A stretch of DNA of 62,355 nt, filler included, from a bacterium (GTDB lineage Bacteria; JBBIVP01), in assembly GCA_037439705.1 (NCBI GenBank). It is 14 parts of 14 records of this genome, joined end to end, with 100 filler letters (N's around TTAATTAATTAA, not from the genome) between each part and the next. Parts side by side here need not be neighbours in the genome. Positions count along the whole stretch, not along the records: positions 49,605 to 53,803 come from JBBIVP010000174.1; positions 53,904 to 58,100 come from JBBIVP010000175.1; positions 58,201 to 62,355 come from JBBIVP010000176.1; 11 more parts are not named here. The stretch is one strand, 5' to 3'. Under the pieces are notes generated by a model that was not told the origin of the DNA, did not search any database, and worked only from the letters and a program-made list of their open reading frames with translations. Shown in pieces: positions 52,108-62,355 of this stretch (the first letter of the stretch is position 1; each line of letters starts with the position of its first letter). The translations under genes and the position numbers were made by a program.

Positions 52108-52959
52108 ATGAAAAAAAACCTTCTCGGAATAGAATGTCCTGTTGAAAAGGCTGAATATGTTGTCGTTCCTATTTCTTATGAGGCGACCACTTCCTGTTTT
52201 GCAGGAACTTATTATGCTCCCTTAAAAATTCTTGAAGCATCACAAGAACTTGAAGATTATCTGCCTGAACTTGAATTGAATACCGGAGAGATAAGAATTC
52301 ATACGCTTCCAATTTTTTATCCACCTTCCTTAGTGCCGGAAGTAGCAATAGAGTCCATTTCAAAAAAAATAAAAGAGGTTGTAAATTTAAAAAAAATACC
52401 AGTAATTATAGGAGGGGAACACACACTTACAATTGGAGTCCTGAAGGCTTTTGAGGAGGATATAAAAGTAATAGTAGTTGACGCTCATCTTGATTTTTAT
52501 GACGAGTTTAAGTGCGAAAAAATATGTCACGCTACAGTAGGGAAAAGAATAGCGGAAAAATACAGAATGACTCACATAGGAGCACGAGCATATGAACTCA
52601 TTGAAGGAGAGAACCTCGCAAATTACGATGTCCTTTTTGTTCCTCAGAGGTTCTTTTTTGATTCAAACGACAGAATCCTTGATGAGGTCTCAAGAGGTAA
52701 TATTTATATATCCGTTGATCTTGATATTCTGTCTCCAGAACAAGGGATTTCTGTTGGAAACCCGGTTCCTGAGGGATGGAGTCTAAATGACCTCCTTCAA
52801 CTTCTGAACTTCTTCGCACTTCATTCTCATGTTGTGGGAATTGATTTCTGCGAATACAGACCCGCCTCAAAAACAGGAGATATGATTGTTTCAAAGATAA
52901 TTCAAAAAACAATTGCATTTATGGAAATTGGAAAATTTGCAAAAGAAGACCTTTATTAA
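52108..52959 (+). CDS. speB: Agmatinase (arginase family)
   Basis: GGEH, DAHLD, SVDLD; follows arginine decarboxylase. Confidence 0.88.
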   Translation: MKKNLLGIECPVEKAEYVVVPISYEATTSCFAGTYYAPLKILEASQELEDYLPELELNTGEIRIHTLPIFYPPSLVPEVAIESISKKIKEVVNLKKIPVIIGGEHTLTIGVLKAFEEDIKVIVVDAHLDFYDEFKCEKICHATVGKRIAEKYRMTHIGARAYELIEGENLANYDVLFVPQRFFFDSNDRILDEVSRGNIYISVDLDILSPEQGISVGNPVPEGWSLNDLLQLLNFFALHSHVVGIDFCEYRPASKTGDMIVSKIIQKTIAFMEIGKFAKEDLY

Positions 52960-52999
52960 AATGTTGAAATGAATTTTTGGAATAGGATAGAATTACATC

Positions 53000-53803
53000 A
53001 TGGATAGAAGAAAGGAACTGGAAGAAAAGCACAGATTAGCAGAACTGGGTGGCGGAGAGGAAAGAATAAAAAGACAGCATAAGGCCGGAAAACTTACAGC
53101 AAGAGAAAGAATTGCTCTACTCCTTGATGAAGGAAGTTTTGTGGAAACCGATAAGTTTGTTGTGCACCAATGTCATGATTTTGGTATGGAAGCCCAAAAA
53201 ATTCTCGGTGACGGAGTTGTCACAGGTTATGGATACATTGATGGAAGACTCGTCTTCGTATTCTCTCAGGATTTTACAGTGTTTGGCGGTTCTCTCAGCG
53301 GAAGTTATGCGAAGAAAATTGTAAAGATAATGGATTTAGCAGCAAAGGTCGGAGCTCCTGTAATAGGATTGAATGATTCAGGAGGAGCAAGAATTCAGGA
53401 AGGAGTGGAAAGCTTAGCAGGTTATGCCGAGATATTTTTAAGAAACACCCTGTATTCAGGAGTAGTTACTCAAATTTCAGCAATAATGGGACCATGCGCT
53501 GGAGGTGCTGTTTACTCCCCCGCCCTTACAGACTTCATAATTATGGTTGAGAAAACAAGTTACATGCACATTACAGGTCCTGATGTAATAAAAGAAGTAA
53601 CTCATGAGGAAGTTACATCCGAAGAACTTGGTGGGGCAATGGTTCATGCTACAAAAAGTGGAGTTGCCCATTTTACAGCAAAAAACGATGAAGAATGCCT
53701 CCTTCTGATAAGAAAACTTCTCGGTTATTTGCCGAGCAATAACATGGAAGACCCTCCTGTAAGGAAAACAGAGGATGACCCAAGAAGGGAAGAAGAAGGA
53801 TTG
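53000..53803 (+). CDS. pccB: Acyl-CoA carboxylase beta (carboxyltransferase) subunit, 3' truncated
   Basis: [31 protein letters not shown]. Confidence 0.92.
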
Positions 53804-53903
53804 NNNNNNNNNNNNNNNNNNNNNNNNNNNNNNNNNNNNNNNNNNNNTTAATTAATTAANNNNNNNNNNNNNNNNNNNNNNNNNNNNNNNNNNNNNNNNN
53901 NNN
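53804..53903. other. Artificial contig linker
   Basis: 44 N + TTAATTAATTAA + 44 N. Confidence 0.99.
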
Positions 53904-54749
53904 AAAATCCCTTAATTTATTTTCAAGTTGAAAGATGGCTTCTTTTATATCTGATTCGTCAATGTAAGTCCTCCCTGGAGTTGGCTGGTCAAGGAAGTCA
54001 AGAGGAGGCAGTTCAAACTTTTCATCATTTTTTATCAGTGGAAGCTGAATGGGAACAGGAGTTTTTGGTGTGGGCGTTTTTGGAGTTGGTGTTGGCGTTT
54101 TTGTAACCATTATAGGAATGGAAGACTCCTCCTTTCTTCTCAGTTCTTCAAGCCTTTCCCTTCTCTTCCTCCTTCTTTCCCTCCACAGATTTATTTTGTC
54201 TCTTAAAAAAATTACTCCATCACCAACCTTCTCTCCTGTCCAGCTCAGCCCTTCGTATGGACTTAATCCGAAAAAAAGAAAGAGAAATGTGAAGAAAAAG
54301 ACAACCGACAGAAATCCGGTTCCAAATTTACCAAAGTATTCTTTCAAATGGTATGAAAGAAATCCTCCGAGAACACCCCCGCCTAATACCTTCGCATCCG
54401 GAAATATGAGATTAAAAAAAATGCTTCCGAAGGTAACCGAAAGGATAAGCCATAAAATTGTCAATGGTATTTCGTTGAAAGAAAGTTCCCTTATAATTCT
54501 TATTCCTTGAAGGAAAAAGAAAAGAGGAATCAGAAAAGAACATATTCCTGTTAATGAAAAAAGGAGTCCTGAGGTGTATGCTCCAAACTTTCCTATCCAG
54601 TTGTGAATTTCTCTTCCTGTAGCATTATTTATGGATGGGTCATCCGGCGAATAACTAACAAGGGATAAAAATATAAGGAAACCACAGGCTATAAAAACAA
54701 GCCCGCCAATTATCCACCCTATTTTTCTCTCGCCCCTTTTTTTATCCAT
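53904..54749 (-). CDS. ftsK: DNA translocase FtsK, N-terminal part
   Basis: SYSPDDPS, NWIGKFGA 4TM domain, LPPLDFL, LENKLRDF. Confidence 0.92.
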
Positions 54750-54750
54750 T

Positions 54751-55509
54751 TTACCAATAATAAAATGTTATCACAAATCCGAGAAAAAGGGAATAAATGG
54801 AAAAGTACTTAAACCAGCCCCTCACAATCATTTTTTCAAGAACCTTCAAAAAAAGAAATGAAAAAATGGCAGAGAGAAAAAATCCAGAAGCGAAGACCTC
54901 TATTTCATGCGATTGAGGAAAACCGGTTTTAATTATTTCAAAAAATTGAGCACCTATTATTGCAGGTATTGAAAGAAGAAATGAGTATTCAAAGGAGAGA
55001 TTTTCTCTTATTCCGAGATGAAGGGCTGATACAATTGTAATGCCAGACCTTGAAATACCCGGGATTACTGCTATGCCCTGCATAATCCCTATAAGAGTAG
55101 CTCTTATAAAATCAATCTCCATTTCTCCTTTCTTCTTTTTAAAAAAAAGAGAAGCAAGAATTAGTCCATTTATAAGCATCATTCTTCCCGCTGTAAAAGG
55201 AGAACCGAACTTTTTTCCCACATAATCGTGAAGCGGATAGGCAATAAGGAATGTGAAAATTGAGCTCAGAATTATGAAACCGAAAAGTTTAATATTTTTC
55301 AAAAAAATTATCTCTCCAACCCTTTTTCTGAAGTAAAACATAATTGCAATCAGACTTCCTGAATGAAGGGTTATGGTAAGGAAGAGAAAAGAGGAAACAC
55401 CCGGTTTGATGAAAGAACCAAAAATGACCAGATGCCCTGAACTGCTTACTGGAAAAAATTCTGTTGCGGATTGAACAATTGCAAGGAGGGACGATTTAAG
55501 AATTTCCAT
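54751..55509 (-). CDS. uppP: Undecaprenyl-diphosphate phosphatase
   Basis: TEFFPVSSSGH, PGISRSG, FLLSIP. Confidence 0.95.
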   Translation of the reverse strand: MEILKSSLLAIVQSATEFFPVSSSGHLVIFGSFIKPGVSSFLFLTITLHSGSLIAIMFYFRKRVGEIIFLKNIKLFGFIILSSIFTFLIAYPLHDYVGKKFGSPFTAGRMMLINGLILASLFFKKKKGEMEIDFIRATLIGIMQGIAVIPGISRSGITIVSALHLGIRENLSFEYSFLLSIPAIIGAQFFEIIKTGFPQSHEIEVFASGFFLSAIFSFLFLKVLEKMIVRGWFKYFSIYSLFLGFVITFYYW

Positions 55510-56224
55510 CAGAAAGACTCTTTATTCCGTCTTCAATTTTTGTTCTTATGAGGTTCATCAAATCTTCTTTGTTATCCATGGTGAATGAAGAAACATCAAC
55601 TGGAGGGTGAACGAGAATTTTTACAATCTTTCCTTCTCCTAAACTCAAACTCCTTCTCGGAAGGATTTTATGAGTTCCATAAATAGAAACAGGAACGACA
55701 GGAACCCCGGATTTAATTGCAAGAACAAAACCCCCTTTTTTAAAGGGAAGAAGAGTCTTCCCATCTCCCCTTGTTCCCTCAGGAAAGACCACAAGTTTTT
55801 TTCCTTTCTTCACCTTTTCTGCAGCAAGGTTAATCGCTCTGAAAGCCTTTTCCCTCTTTTCCCTCTCTATAAGGACATGCCCCTGAAGAAACATAGCCCA
55901 TCCAAATACAGGTATGTTAACAAGCTCTTTCTTCGCAAGGAATCTCAACTGATGGGGAAATGTAGCCATTATTGATGCAACATCTAAATGGCTCTGGTGA
56001 TTTGCCATGAGTATGAAACTCCTCAAATTTTCAAGGTTTTCAAGCCCTCTAACCTCAACCCTCAAACCGAGAGTTCTGATTATGAGCCACGCCCACAGCC
56101 TTGCAAGTAAATAGGACAGATTTCCACCGGGATAAAGAAAACTAAAAAGAATTGCAGGAATTCCGAGAATAAGTGTATAAAGAGAGATAAGGAAAAGATA
56201 AAATAAATCCCTTACTTTTTTCAT
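55496..56224 (-). CDS. plsC: 1-acyl-sn-glycerol-3-phosphate acyltransferase
   Basis: NHQSHLD, FPEGTR, FKKGGF. Confidence 0.93.
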   Translation of the reverse strand: MKKVRDLFYLFLISLYTLILGIPAILFSFLYPGGNLSYLLARLWAWLIIRTLGLRVEVRGLENLENLRSFILMANHQSHLDVASIMATFPHQLRFLAKKELVNIPVFGWAMFLQGHVLIEREKREKAFRAINLAAEKVKKGKKLVVFPEGTRGDGKTLLPFKKGGFVLAIKSGVPVVPVSIYGTHKILPRRSLSLGEGKIVKILVHPPVDVSSFTMDNKEDLMNLIRTKIEDGIKSLSDGNS

Positions 56225-56336
56225 TTTTGAACCTGCATTTATATTTTACTATTTCAAAGAGTTTGAGCAAGATATATTCCTGTGAAGAGATTATCAAAAT
56301 TTGAAGTAATGGGAATTTTTTTCTAAAATTTAATCC

Positions 56337-57203
56337 ATGAAGGTTGCCATTCTTGCAGCATCCTGTAATATAGGAAAAAATTTAGCTAAGACTCTCCTTG
56401 AAAAGGGAATTGAGGTAGTTGGAATATCAAGAAATCCATCTAACCTCTATGAAGAAATGGGTGGAAAAATTGAAACAAGAAATGCGAATATCTTTTATGC
56501 GGATCAGATTTCATTAGCGATAAATAGATGCGATGCTGTCATAAATTGCATCGGAATAATAAGAGAGAAAGGAGAGAATACTTTTGAAGTGGTTCACATA
56601 CAGGGCGTGATAAACATAATTCATGCAATGAAAGAAAATGGAATAAAACGCCTCATACACATAAGCGCACTTGGAGCGGGAAGGGGAATTGATACAAGAT
56701 ATTTCAAAACAAAGGAGATGGGAGAGAAGTTCATAAAAGAAAGCGAACTTGAATGGACAATTTTAAGACCTGGAGTGGTAATCGGAGAAGATGGAGGGAT
56801 ATTCAAAAAAATTAAAAGCCTTTCCACCTTTCCGGTTTTAATTCTGCCTGACATGAGGGCTGGAAGAACCCACATTATTTCAGTTGAAGACCTCTCAAAA
56901 GCAGTTTTTCTTTCTCTCACCGAAAAAAGGGCTTTAAATACGGTTGTGGAACTGGCAGGAATGGAATTGAGCATGGACGACCTAATTTTAAAAATTCTTA
57001 AAAAAATTGGCAAAAAAAGAATGATCTTGAGAATACCATCTGATATTTCAATCTCCCTTTTAAAAATAGGTGAGAAATTATTAAATGGTTTTCTTCCTGT
57101 AAACAGTGAAGAGATAATAATGGCTCTTCAAAAATTGAATTCATCACCATCGGAAATGGCAGAAAAATTTGGAATAACTCCCAAAAACCCTTTTGAATCA
57201 TGA
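56337..57203 (+). CDS. Atypical SDR / NDUFA9-like NAD(P)-binding protein
   Basis: VINCIGII, HISALGA, YFKTK, TILRP. Confidence 0.85.
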   Translation: MKVAILAASCNIGKNLAKTLLEKGIEVVGISRNPSNLYEEMGGKIETRNANIFYADQISLAINRCDAVINCIGIIREKGENTFEVVHIQGVINIIHAMKENGIKRLIHISALGAGRGIDTRYFKTKEMGEKFIKESELEWTILRPGVVIGEDGGIFKKIKSLSTFPVLILPDMRAGRTHIISVEDLSKAVFLSLTEKRALNTVVELAGMELSMDDLILKILKKIGKKRMILRIPSDISISLLKIGEKLLNGFLPVNSEEIIMALQKLNSSPSEMAEKFGITPKNPFES

Positions 57204-58100
57204 AAAGGCATATAATAGGAATAACATCAACAGTTTTATTTCTCGGAATAGCCTACTTCCTTTTTTTCAAAATCTCTCCAACCAAAGTTGAGAAAATAGG
57301 GCTTCAACCAAAAGAGGACTGGTTCGGAATATACTTTTCGGGGAAAAAAATTGGATATCAGACCATTTCAAAAAAACCTTTAAAGGACGGGATTAAACTC
57401 ATAGAAAAGATGTTTCTGAGGGTAACCATGCTTGGAAAAAGGATTAACGCAATTTCCCACGGAGAGGCTGATATCTCAAATGACGGAAAACTTGACAGGT
57501 TTGACTTTGTCATTTCTTCAGGGGACATGAAATTTGATGTAAAGGGAGAAAGAACAGGAGAAATACTGAAAGTTCTTATAAATACCGGCAATGATAAAAA
57601 GGAAATAAGCATTCCATACACCGAAAACCTACTCATTCCGATGACGCTCCTTTCAGTGGCTGAAAGGGTGAAAGAAGAAAAAGTTGTAAAATATCCTTTC
57701 TTTGACCCTTCAACCCTCTCCACCGATTATGTGACACTCAGATTTAAAGGGTATGAAGAGATTGAAATGATGGGAAAGAAAAAGAAAGCTATGGTGATTG
57801 AGGAGGAGTTCAGGGAAATAAAGGGAAGGCTTTATATAGACGAAGAAGGAAATCTCCTTAAGGAAGAAAGCGGTCTCGGAATGGAGATAAGGAAAGAAGA
57901 ACCTGAATATGCAATTGAAAAGGGATGGGGAGAAGAAATGGACATCATCGCCCTTTCCGCAGTTCCTTTAATAAATACAACAGGAGTTCCACTTTCATCA
58001 GCAAAAAAAACTACAATAAAAATTTATAACTGGGATGGAACTCCTCCCCCAAATTTTCACAGAGAGGATGGAACCATAACGGGAACATTTTCACTTCCAA
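57200..58100 (+). CDS. Membrane-anchored protein, probable N-terminal part of a transglutaminase-domain protein; 3' truncated
   Basis: N-terminal TM, W.GIY..GKKIGY, FDPSTL; catalytic domain not in contig. Confidence 0.6.
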
Positions 58101-58200
58101 NNNNNNNNNNNNNNNNNNNNNNNNNNNNNNNNNNNNNNNNNNNNTTAATTAATTAANNNNNNNNNNNNNNNNNNNNNNNNNNNNNNNNNNNNNNNNNNNN
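58101..58200. other. Artificial contig linker
   Basis: 44 N + TTAATTAATTAA + 44 N. Confidence 0.99.
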
Positions 58201-58249
58201 ATAAATAAAATTTTCTTTAATTGAAATTTGTGATAAAATTTTTGAAAAC

Positions 58250-58320
58250 TGGGGCGTAGCCTAACGGCAGGGCACGGGACTTTGGATCCTGTGGTGGTGG
58301 TTCGAATCCACCCGCCCCAG
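58250..58320 (+). tRNA. tRNA-Gln(TTG)
   Basis: TGGGGCG acceptor, CGGGA-CTTTGGA-TCCTG anticodon arm, GGTGG-TTCGAAT-CCACC T arm. Confidence 0.95.
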
Positions 58321-58506
58321 CAGTAAAACGCTCATCCTTTTTCCTCATAATTAAATCTATTTGGAAATATATGTCATTATGTATACCTCCTTTTATTTTC
58401 ACAAGCTGGTCTGCTTACTGCTCTATATCTCTTAGATAGTTTCACGATGTCAATAGAATTTTGTAGAAGAACACAGACATTGTTACCAGGGGAAAAGGGG
58501 GTGGAA

Positions 58507-58626
58507 AAGTTAAGATATGCGCGACATTAAGGGGTGAAAGGGAGAGATGAAACAGCTCTCCCCGTTTAAAAAGCCCCTTAAATTATCTCATTCAAACTCA
58601 TAAAATGTCGCATAAGTATATAACTT
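58507..58626. repeat. 120-bp dispersed hairpin repeat, copy 2 (MITE-like)
   Basis: 105/120 identical to 18561-18680; nested stems TTAAGGGG/CCCCTTAA and GGGAGAG/CTCTCCC intact in this copy. Confidence 0.9.
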
Positions 58627-58671
58627 GTACGCTTCATTTGACAAATATTTTCACCCTGCTAAAATAAAAAT

Positions 58672-59939
58672 ATGATTAAAAAATTCTCCTACCAAAATAA
58701 AAAATACATTGAAAGAAATTTGGAAAAGGAAATATGGCGTTTATTGCCAAAACCCTCAGATTATTGCAATAATTGGGCCAAGAAGGAGCGGAAAAACCAC
58801 TTTATTGCTCCACCTCTCAAAAAGTCTTAGAAGCTTCCAATATCTCAGTTTTGAAGACCAGAAGGTACTGGATTTGTTTGACAATGATATTGAAAACTTT
58901 GCTAAATTCTATCTTAAAAATAAAAAATTTTTGATTATAGATGAATTCTATTATTCAAAAAGCGGAGGGAAAAATTTAAAATATCTTTTTGATTTTTGTC
59001 CAAAAAATAAAATTATCATTTCTGGCTCTTCTTCACTGGAAATTACAATAAAAGCAGCAAAATATCTTGTTGGCAGGATATTTGTTTTGGAACTTTTACC
59101 GTTTTCTTTTGACGAGTATCTTAAAGCCAATGACCAAAACCTCTATCAAATTTTTTTGAGTACCAAAAAAAATTAATCAAAAAAAGGAATTGGTTATCAG
59201 TCAGCCTCTTCTCCATAGATTCAATTCTTATTTAGAAACTTACCTTATTTATGGAGGATATCCAGAAGTGGTGTTGGAGAGAGATTTTAAAATAAAAAGA
59301 GATTTCTTAAATAACATTTATAATCTGTTTTTTCTTAAAGAAGTCAAAGATATTTTAGGACTCATTGATGATTATAAATTGAAACTCTTAATTAAAGCCC
59401 TTTCTCTTCAAATAGGTAACATTATTCAATTCCAGGAACTGTCCAGCATCTCTAATTTTTCTCAACCAACCCTTAAAAAATATCTCAATTTTTTAGAAAA
59501 AACTTATGTCTATTTTTTCATAAAGCCATTTTTTACCAACAGAAGAACCGAATTAACAAAAAATCCAAAAATTTATTTTTTTGATACAGGTTTTAGAAAT
59601 ATAATAATAGAAAATTTCCTGTCAGCCTCCCAGAGGACATATTCTGGACATTTATTAGAAAATTTTGTTGCTATTAATCTCTGGCAAAAATTTGGAAACT
59701 TGAATTTCTGGAGAACAAAGGCAAAAAGTGAAGTAGATTTCGTTGTAAGAAAAGAAGAGAAAATAATTCCAGTAGAAATAAAAACAAAATTAGACTCTCC
59801 TAAAATTTCCTCGGGTCTTTTGAGTTTTATCAAAAAATATAACCCTTCTTTTGCCTATGTCCTTTCTTTAAATTTTTGTAAAATTATTAAAGTAGAAAAA
59901 ACAAAAGGTTTATTTTTTGCCCGCCTTTTTGTGCAGTAG
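58672..59939 (+). pseudogene. AAA_14/DUF4143-type ATPase with two frameshifts
   Basis: YIERNLEKEI in one frame, GPRRSGKT/IIDE/SGSS in a second, GGYPE/KIYFFDTG/EVDFV..PVEIK in a third; shifts near 58755 and 59170. Confidence 0.87.
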
Positions 59940-59980
59940 TATCTAATTCACCCCATTTTTTGACCGTTACCTTCAGACGC

Positions 59981-61300
59981 TTACAGAATTTCCAGAAATG
60001 CATCAAGTCTGTTTCTTACCTGTTCTTCTGAGTAAACCCTGCTATCGTTATGGTCAGCATCAATTAAAACTGCTGGGATTCCTTCCTGAGCAAGGAGATT
60101 TCTTTCGTCTATCTGACCGAGTGAGTAGGGCTTGCAGGATTTATCGGAATGCAGAAGCACTCCGTCTATCTGAAATTCCTTTACCATCTTTTTCATTGTA
60201 GCAAGTTTATATCTTGCTGACCTGTTGAGCAGGGGATAAAGGTAGATTTTTGCTGCGGATTCAAGAGGTCTTTCTATGTCTATCATTGGAGCGAGTTCTC
60301 CCCATTGAAGTGTATATGTTGATGTTACTATGTTTGCTCCTTTCGTTGCTAAATATCTTGAAAGCCAGTTGAGTCTAAACCATACGGGAAGATTGTCCCA
60401 AAGAATCCTTTTTCTTTCATTTTTTATTGCTCCAATCCCATTTTTTATTCTTTCGTCTATTTCTTTGAGGAGTTTTCTGTAATAAATGGTAGCAATCTCT
60501 TCACCCCTCAATCCCACAATAGGAGCCATGTGAACAAATGTGTCAAAAGCAGTTATGGGAGAAGGTTTGAATTTCCCTCTGTATATAATTTCAAGCCATA
60601 GCTCTGCAGCCTCTTTACTGTCAGATATTACCTTCCTCATTTTTTTAAATGGAAGGGTTTTTTTGGCAACCCTTTCCGCTGTAATTATCATTTCTTCAAT
60701 CTGTTTTTTTACATATTGAATTTGATGTTCCTCCATATCATCAAATATGAAAGGAGTATCTATTATCACCAGGGGAACCTTAAAATAAAAGGAAAGTGTT
60801 TTAAACCAGTAAAGCACTGTCTGACATATATTTGTGCATGCCACAAGGAGGTCAGGTTTTGGAATTTTTCCAACCGGAGTTTTTCCTGATAGTGCGGAAC
60901 CGATATCAGTTCTTGCATAGGAACACAGGTCTACAGAGAATCCTTCTTTTTCAGCCTCTTCCGAAATCTGAACTGCTACTTTTCTTGCCCCGCAGAGTGC
61001 TGCATGGTTTTCAGGATAAACTACAAAATATCCGAGTGCCCTCAATGGTTCAACAGGTGCTCCTGATGTAACCCAGGCTACCTTTTTTACTCCCTCTACA
61101 AACCTTCCTTCAAGGTAGTGCTTTGCCATTATTTCTTTGAGAAGGACTCCTGATTTTAAAGGTGGATTCAAGGGGTCATCTGGACGAGGTTTAAATCTTG
61201 CCATTTTATGGGCATCTGAAAATTTCTGGATTTTCAGCATGCTCCTTCCAAAAATTTTAAACCCGAATGTGTATCTGAAAAGGGCTGAAGGGTTCATCAT
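59981..61300 (-). CDS. 2-hydroxyacyl-CoA dehydratase subunit (HgdA/FldB-like)
   Basis: YPENHAA, DLCSYAR, CTNIC, KSCKPYSLGQ. Confidence 0.9.
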   Translation of the reverse strand: MMNPSALFRYTFGFKIFGRSMLKIQKFSDAHKMARFKPRPDDPLNPPLKSGVLLKEIMAKHYLEGRFVEGVKKVAWVTSGAPVEPLRALGYFVVYPENHAALCGARKVAVQISEEAEKEGFSVDLCSYARTDIGSALSGKTPVGKIPKPDLLVACTNICQTVLYWFKTLSFYFKVPLVIIDTPFIFDDMEEHQIQYVKKQIEEMIITAERVAKKTLPFKKMRKVISDSKEAAELWLEIIYRGKFKPSPITAFDTFVHMAPIVGLRGEEIATIYYRKLLKEIDERIKNGIGAIKNERKRILWDNLPVWFRLNWLSRYLATKGANIVTSTYTLQWGELAPMIDIERPLESAAKIYLYPLLNRSARYKLATMKKMVKEFQIDGVLLHSDKSCKPYSLGQIDERNLLAQEGIPAVLIDADHNDSRVYSEEQVRNRLDAFLEIL

Positions 61301-62355
61301 AAAACCTCCAGAAAGGTTTCAATTCTCTGAATTGTTTGATGGGGAATTTCCTCTGAAATTTCAACCTCAAGATATTGAACCTTTATTCCTCTATCTGATA
61401 ATTCCTTTTTTATAAATGGAAAATCAAAAAGTTCAGGTTCGCAGAATTTAGGGTTGTATATCAAAATTCCATCCGCTTTACTTTTTTCTATTTTCTTTAA
61501 AATATAATCAATCCTTGATTCAGTTGAACTTCCGAGAGTCGGATCAGGGGGAGCGCTCAAAATTCTTTCAGCCATTCTTCTAAAAGGATTTTCACTTTTT
61601 CCGGTTTCATAAGTTCTTCTTCCACAGCAGGCAAGGTCATCATCCACAACGATCCCACCTTTTTCATTTATGATGTCAAAAATCTTCATGGGTTCAGGCA
61701 GAATTCCAGAAATTATTATTCTCTTTCCTCTCCTTTCCATCTTCTTATCAGGGATGGATTCTGCAAGTGAAATAAAATCCTTGGGAGGCAAAAACTCCCT
61801 TGTCCTGAGCAACTGATAAAATTCCCTGTCAGTCAGGTCTATGTTTTCTTTTTTTTCATACAATTCCCTGAACACTGAATCTGCCTTTTCTTCTTCAAAA
61901 ATTGCCTTTTTTAGATTTTCTTCGCCAGGTTTTTTTCCGGTTATTTCACAGAGTTTTTCAAAGGACCTTTTTATTTCCATCTCAAGAAATTCAACGTCTT
62001 CCTTTTTCCTGCCCCTTGGATGATAGAGTGTTAGAACAGGAACGTACGGGTTAAGGAAATCTCTCATAACAGATGCCATTCCTTGAAGGGCGTCGCAGGT
62101 GTGCGGAACGAGAATAAGGTCAACTTCTTTTCTCGTAAGTATGAAAGAAAATCCTCTCATAACTATGTCGCAGGTATAGGATTGAAAGTACTTGAGTGCT
62201 TTTTCCCTTTCAAATCCAGGTGGACCCCATACTTCAACAGGATGGTATCCAAATGCTCTCAACAGTTCCCTTGGATAATGGATTGGAAAGACCGCAGCGA
62301 TTTTTTTCCCTTTTTCTTTTTCCTTTTCTATTGTTTTCTTTCTCAATTCTTTCAT
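61297..62355 (-). CDS. 2-hydroxyacyl-CoA dehydratase subunit (HgdB/FldC-like), possibly 5' truncated
   Basis: QSYTCDIV, HTCDALQ, DDDLACCGR, KFCEPELFD. Confidence 0.9.
   Translation of the reverse strand: MKELRKKTIEKEKEKGKKIAAVFPIHYPRELLRAFGYHPVEVWGPPGFEREKALKYFQSYTCDIVMRGFSFILTRKEVDLILVPHTCDALQGMASVMRDFLNPYVPVLTLYHPRGRKKEDVEFLEMEIKRSFEKLCEITGKKPGEENLKKAIFEEEKADSVFRELYEKKENIDLTDREFYQLLRTREFLPPKDFISLAESIPDKKMERRGKRIIISGILPEPMKIFDIINEKGGIVVDDDLACCGRRTYETGKSENPFRRMAERILSAPPDPTLGSSTESRIDYILKKIEKSKADGILIYNPKFCEPELFDFPFIKKELSDRGIKVQYLEVEISEEIPHQTIQRIETFLEVL

Noticed and set aside
54055-54105. PTPKT tandem repeat
   Set aside because: Ordinary Pro-rich FtsK linker.
58217-58402. 61-aa minus-strand ORF
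   Set aside because: Antisense to tRNA-Gln (GAGGFEPP is the typical tRNA shadow translation).
58250-59960. tRNA-anchored integrative element
   Set aside because: No integrase and no duplicated tRNA 3' end found; only the repeat and a pseudogene.
59981-62355. Benzoyl-CoA reductase call
   Set aside because: Same family as 2-hydroxyacyl-CoA dehydratases; no activator or aromatic-degradation context in this contig to decide.

Overview
This window is not contiguous genome. It is 14 short contigs (about 4.6 down to 4.15 kb, sorted by decreasing length) joined by 13 artificial 100-nt linkers (44 N + TTAATTAATTAA + 44 N). Most contigs carry AT-rich, Lys/Glu/Ile-rich housekeeping genes of a deltaproteobacteria-like, probably thermophilic bacterium (inference). 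These include rseP-tsaB, recR-dnaX-SRP RNA, TRAP QM, F0 ATP synthase, glyQS, gatCA, mglBA, comEC, rodA-mrdA, proS-dcd, a Tad/Flp pilus cluster with an FHA-CpaF ATPase, pdaD-speB, ftsK, a 2-hydroxyacyl-CoA dehydratase pair, tRNA-Arg and tRNA-Gln. The best candidate for an undescribed system is at 18859-20708. There a beta-class amino-DNA methyltransferase (frameshifted) overlaps an intact 313-aa gene with HhH-GPD glycosylase motifs and an EndoIII-type 4Fe-4S motif, in the position where a restriction endonuclease would sit. Other notable items are a 120-bp hairpin repeat present on two contigs upstream of accessory genes, an IS110 end with a candidate bridge-RNA region apparently interrupting a prepilin-type gene, a candidate sigma54-driven C-rich small RNA, and a G>T/C>A-biased set of lesions in conserved codons. 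All calls are made by eye from motifs; no database searches were run.
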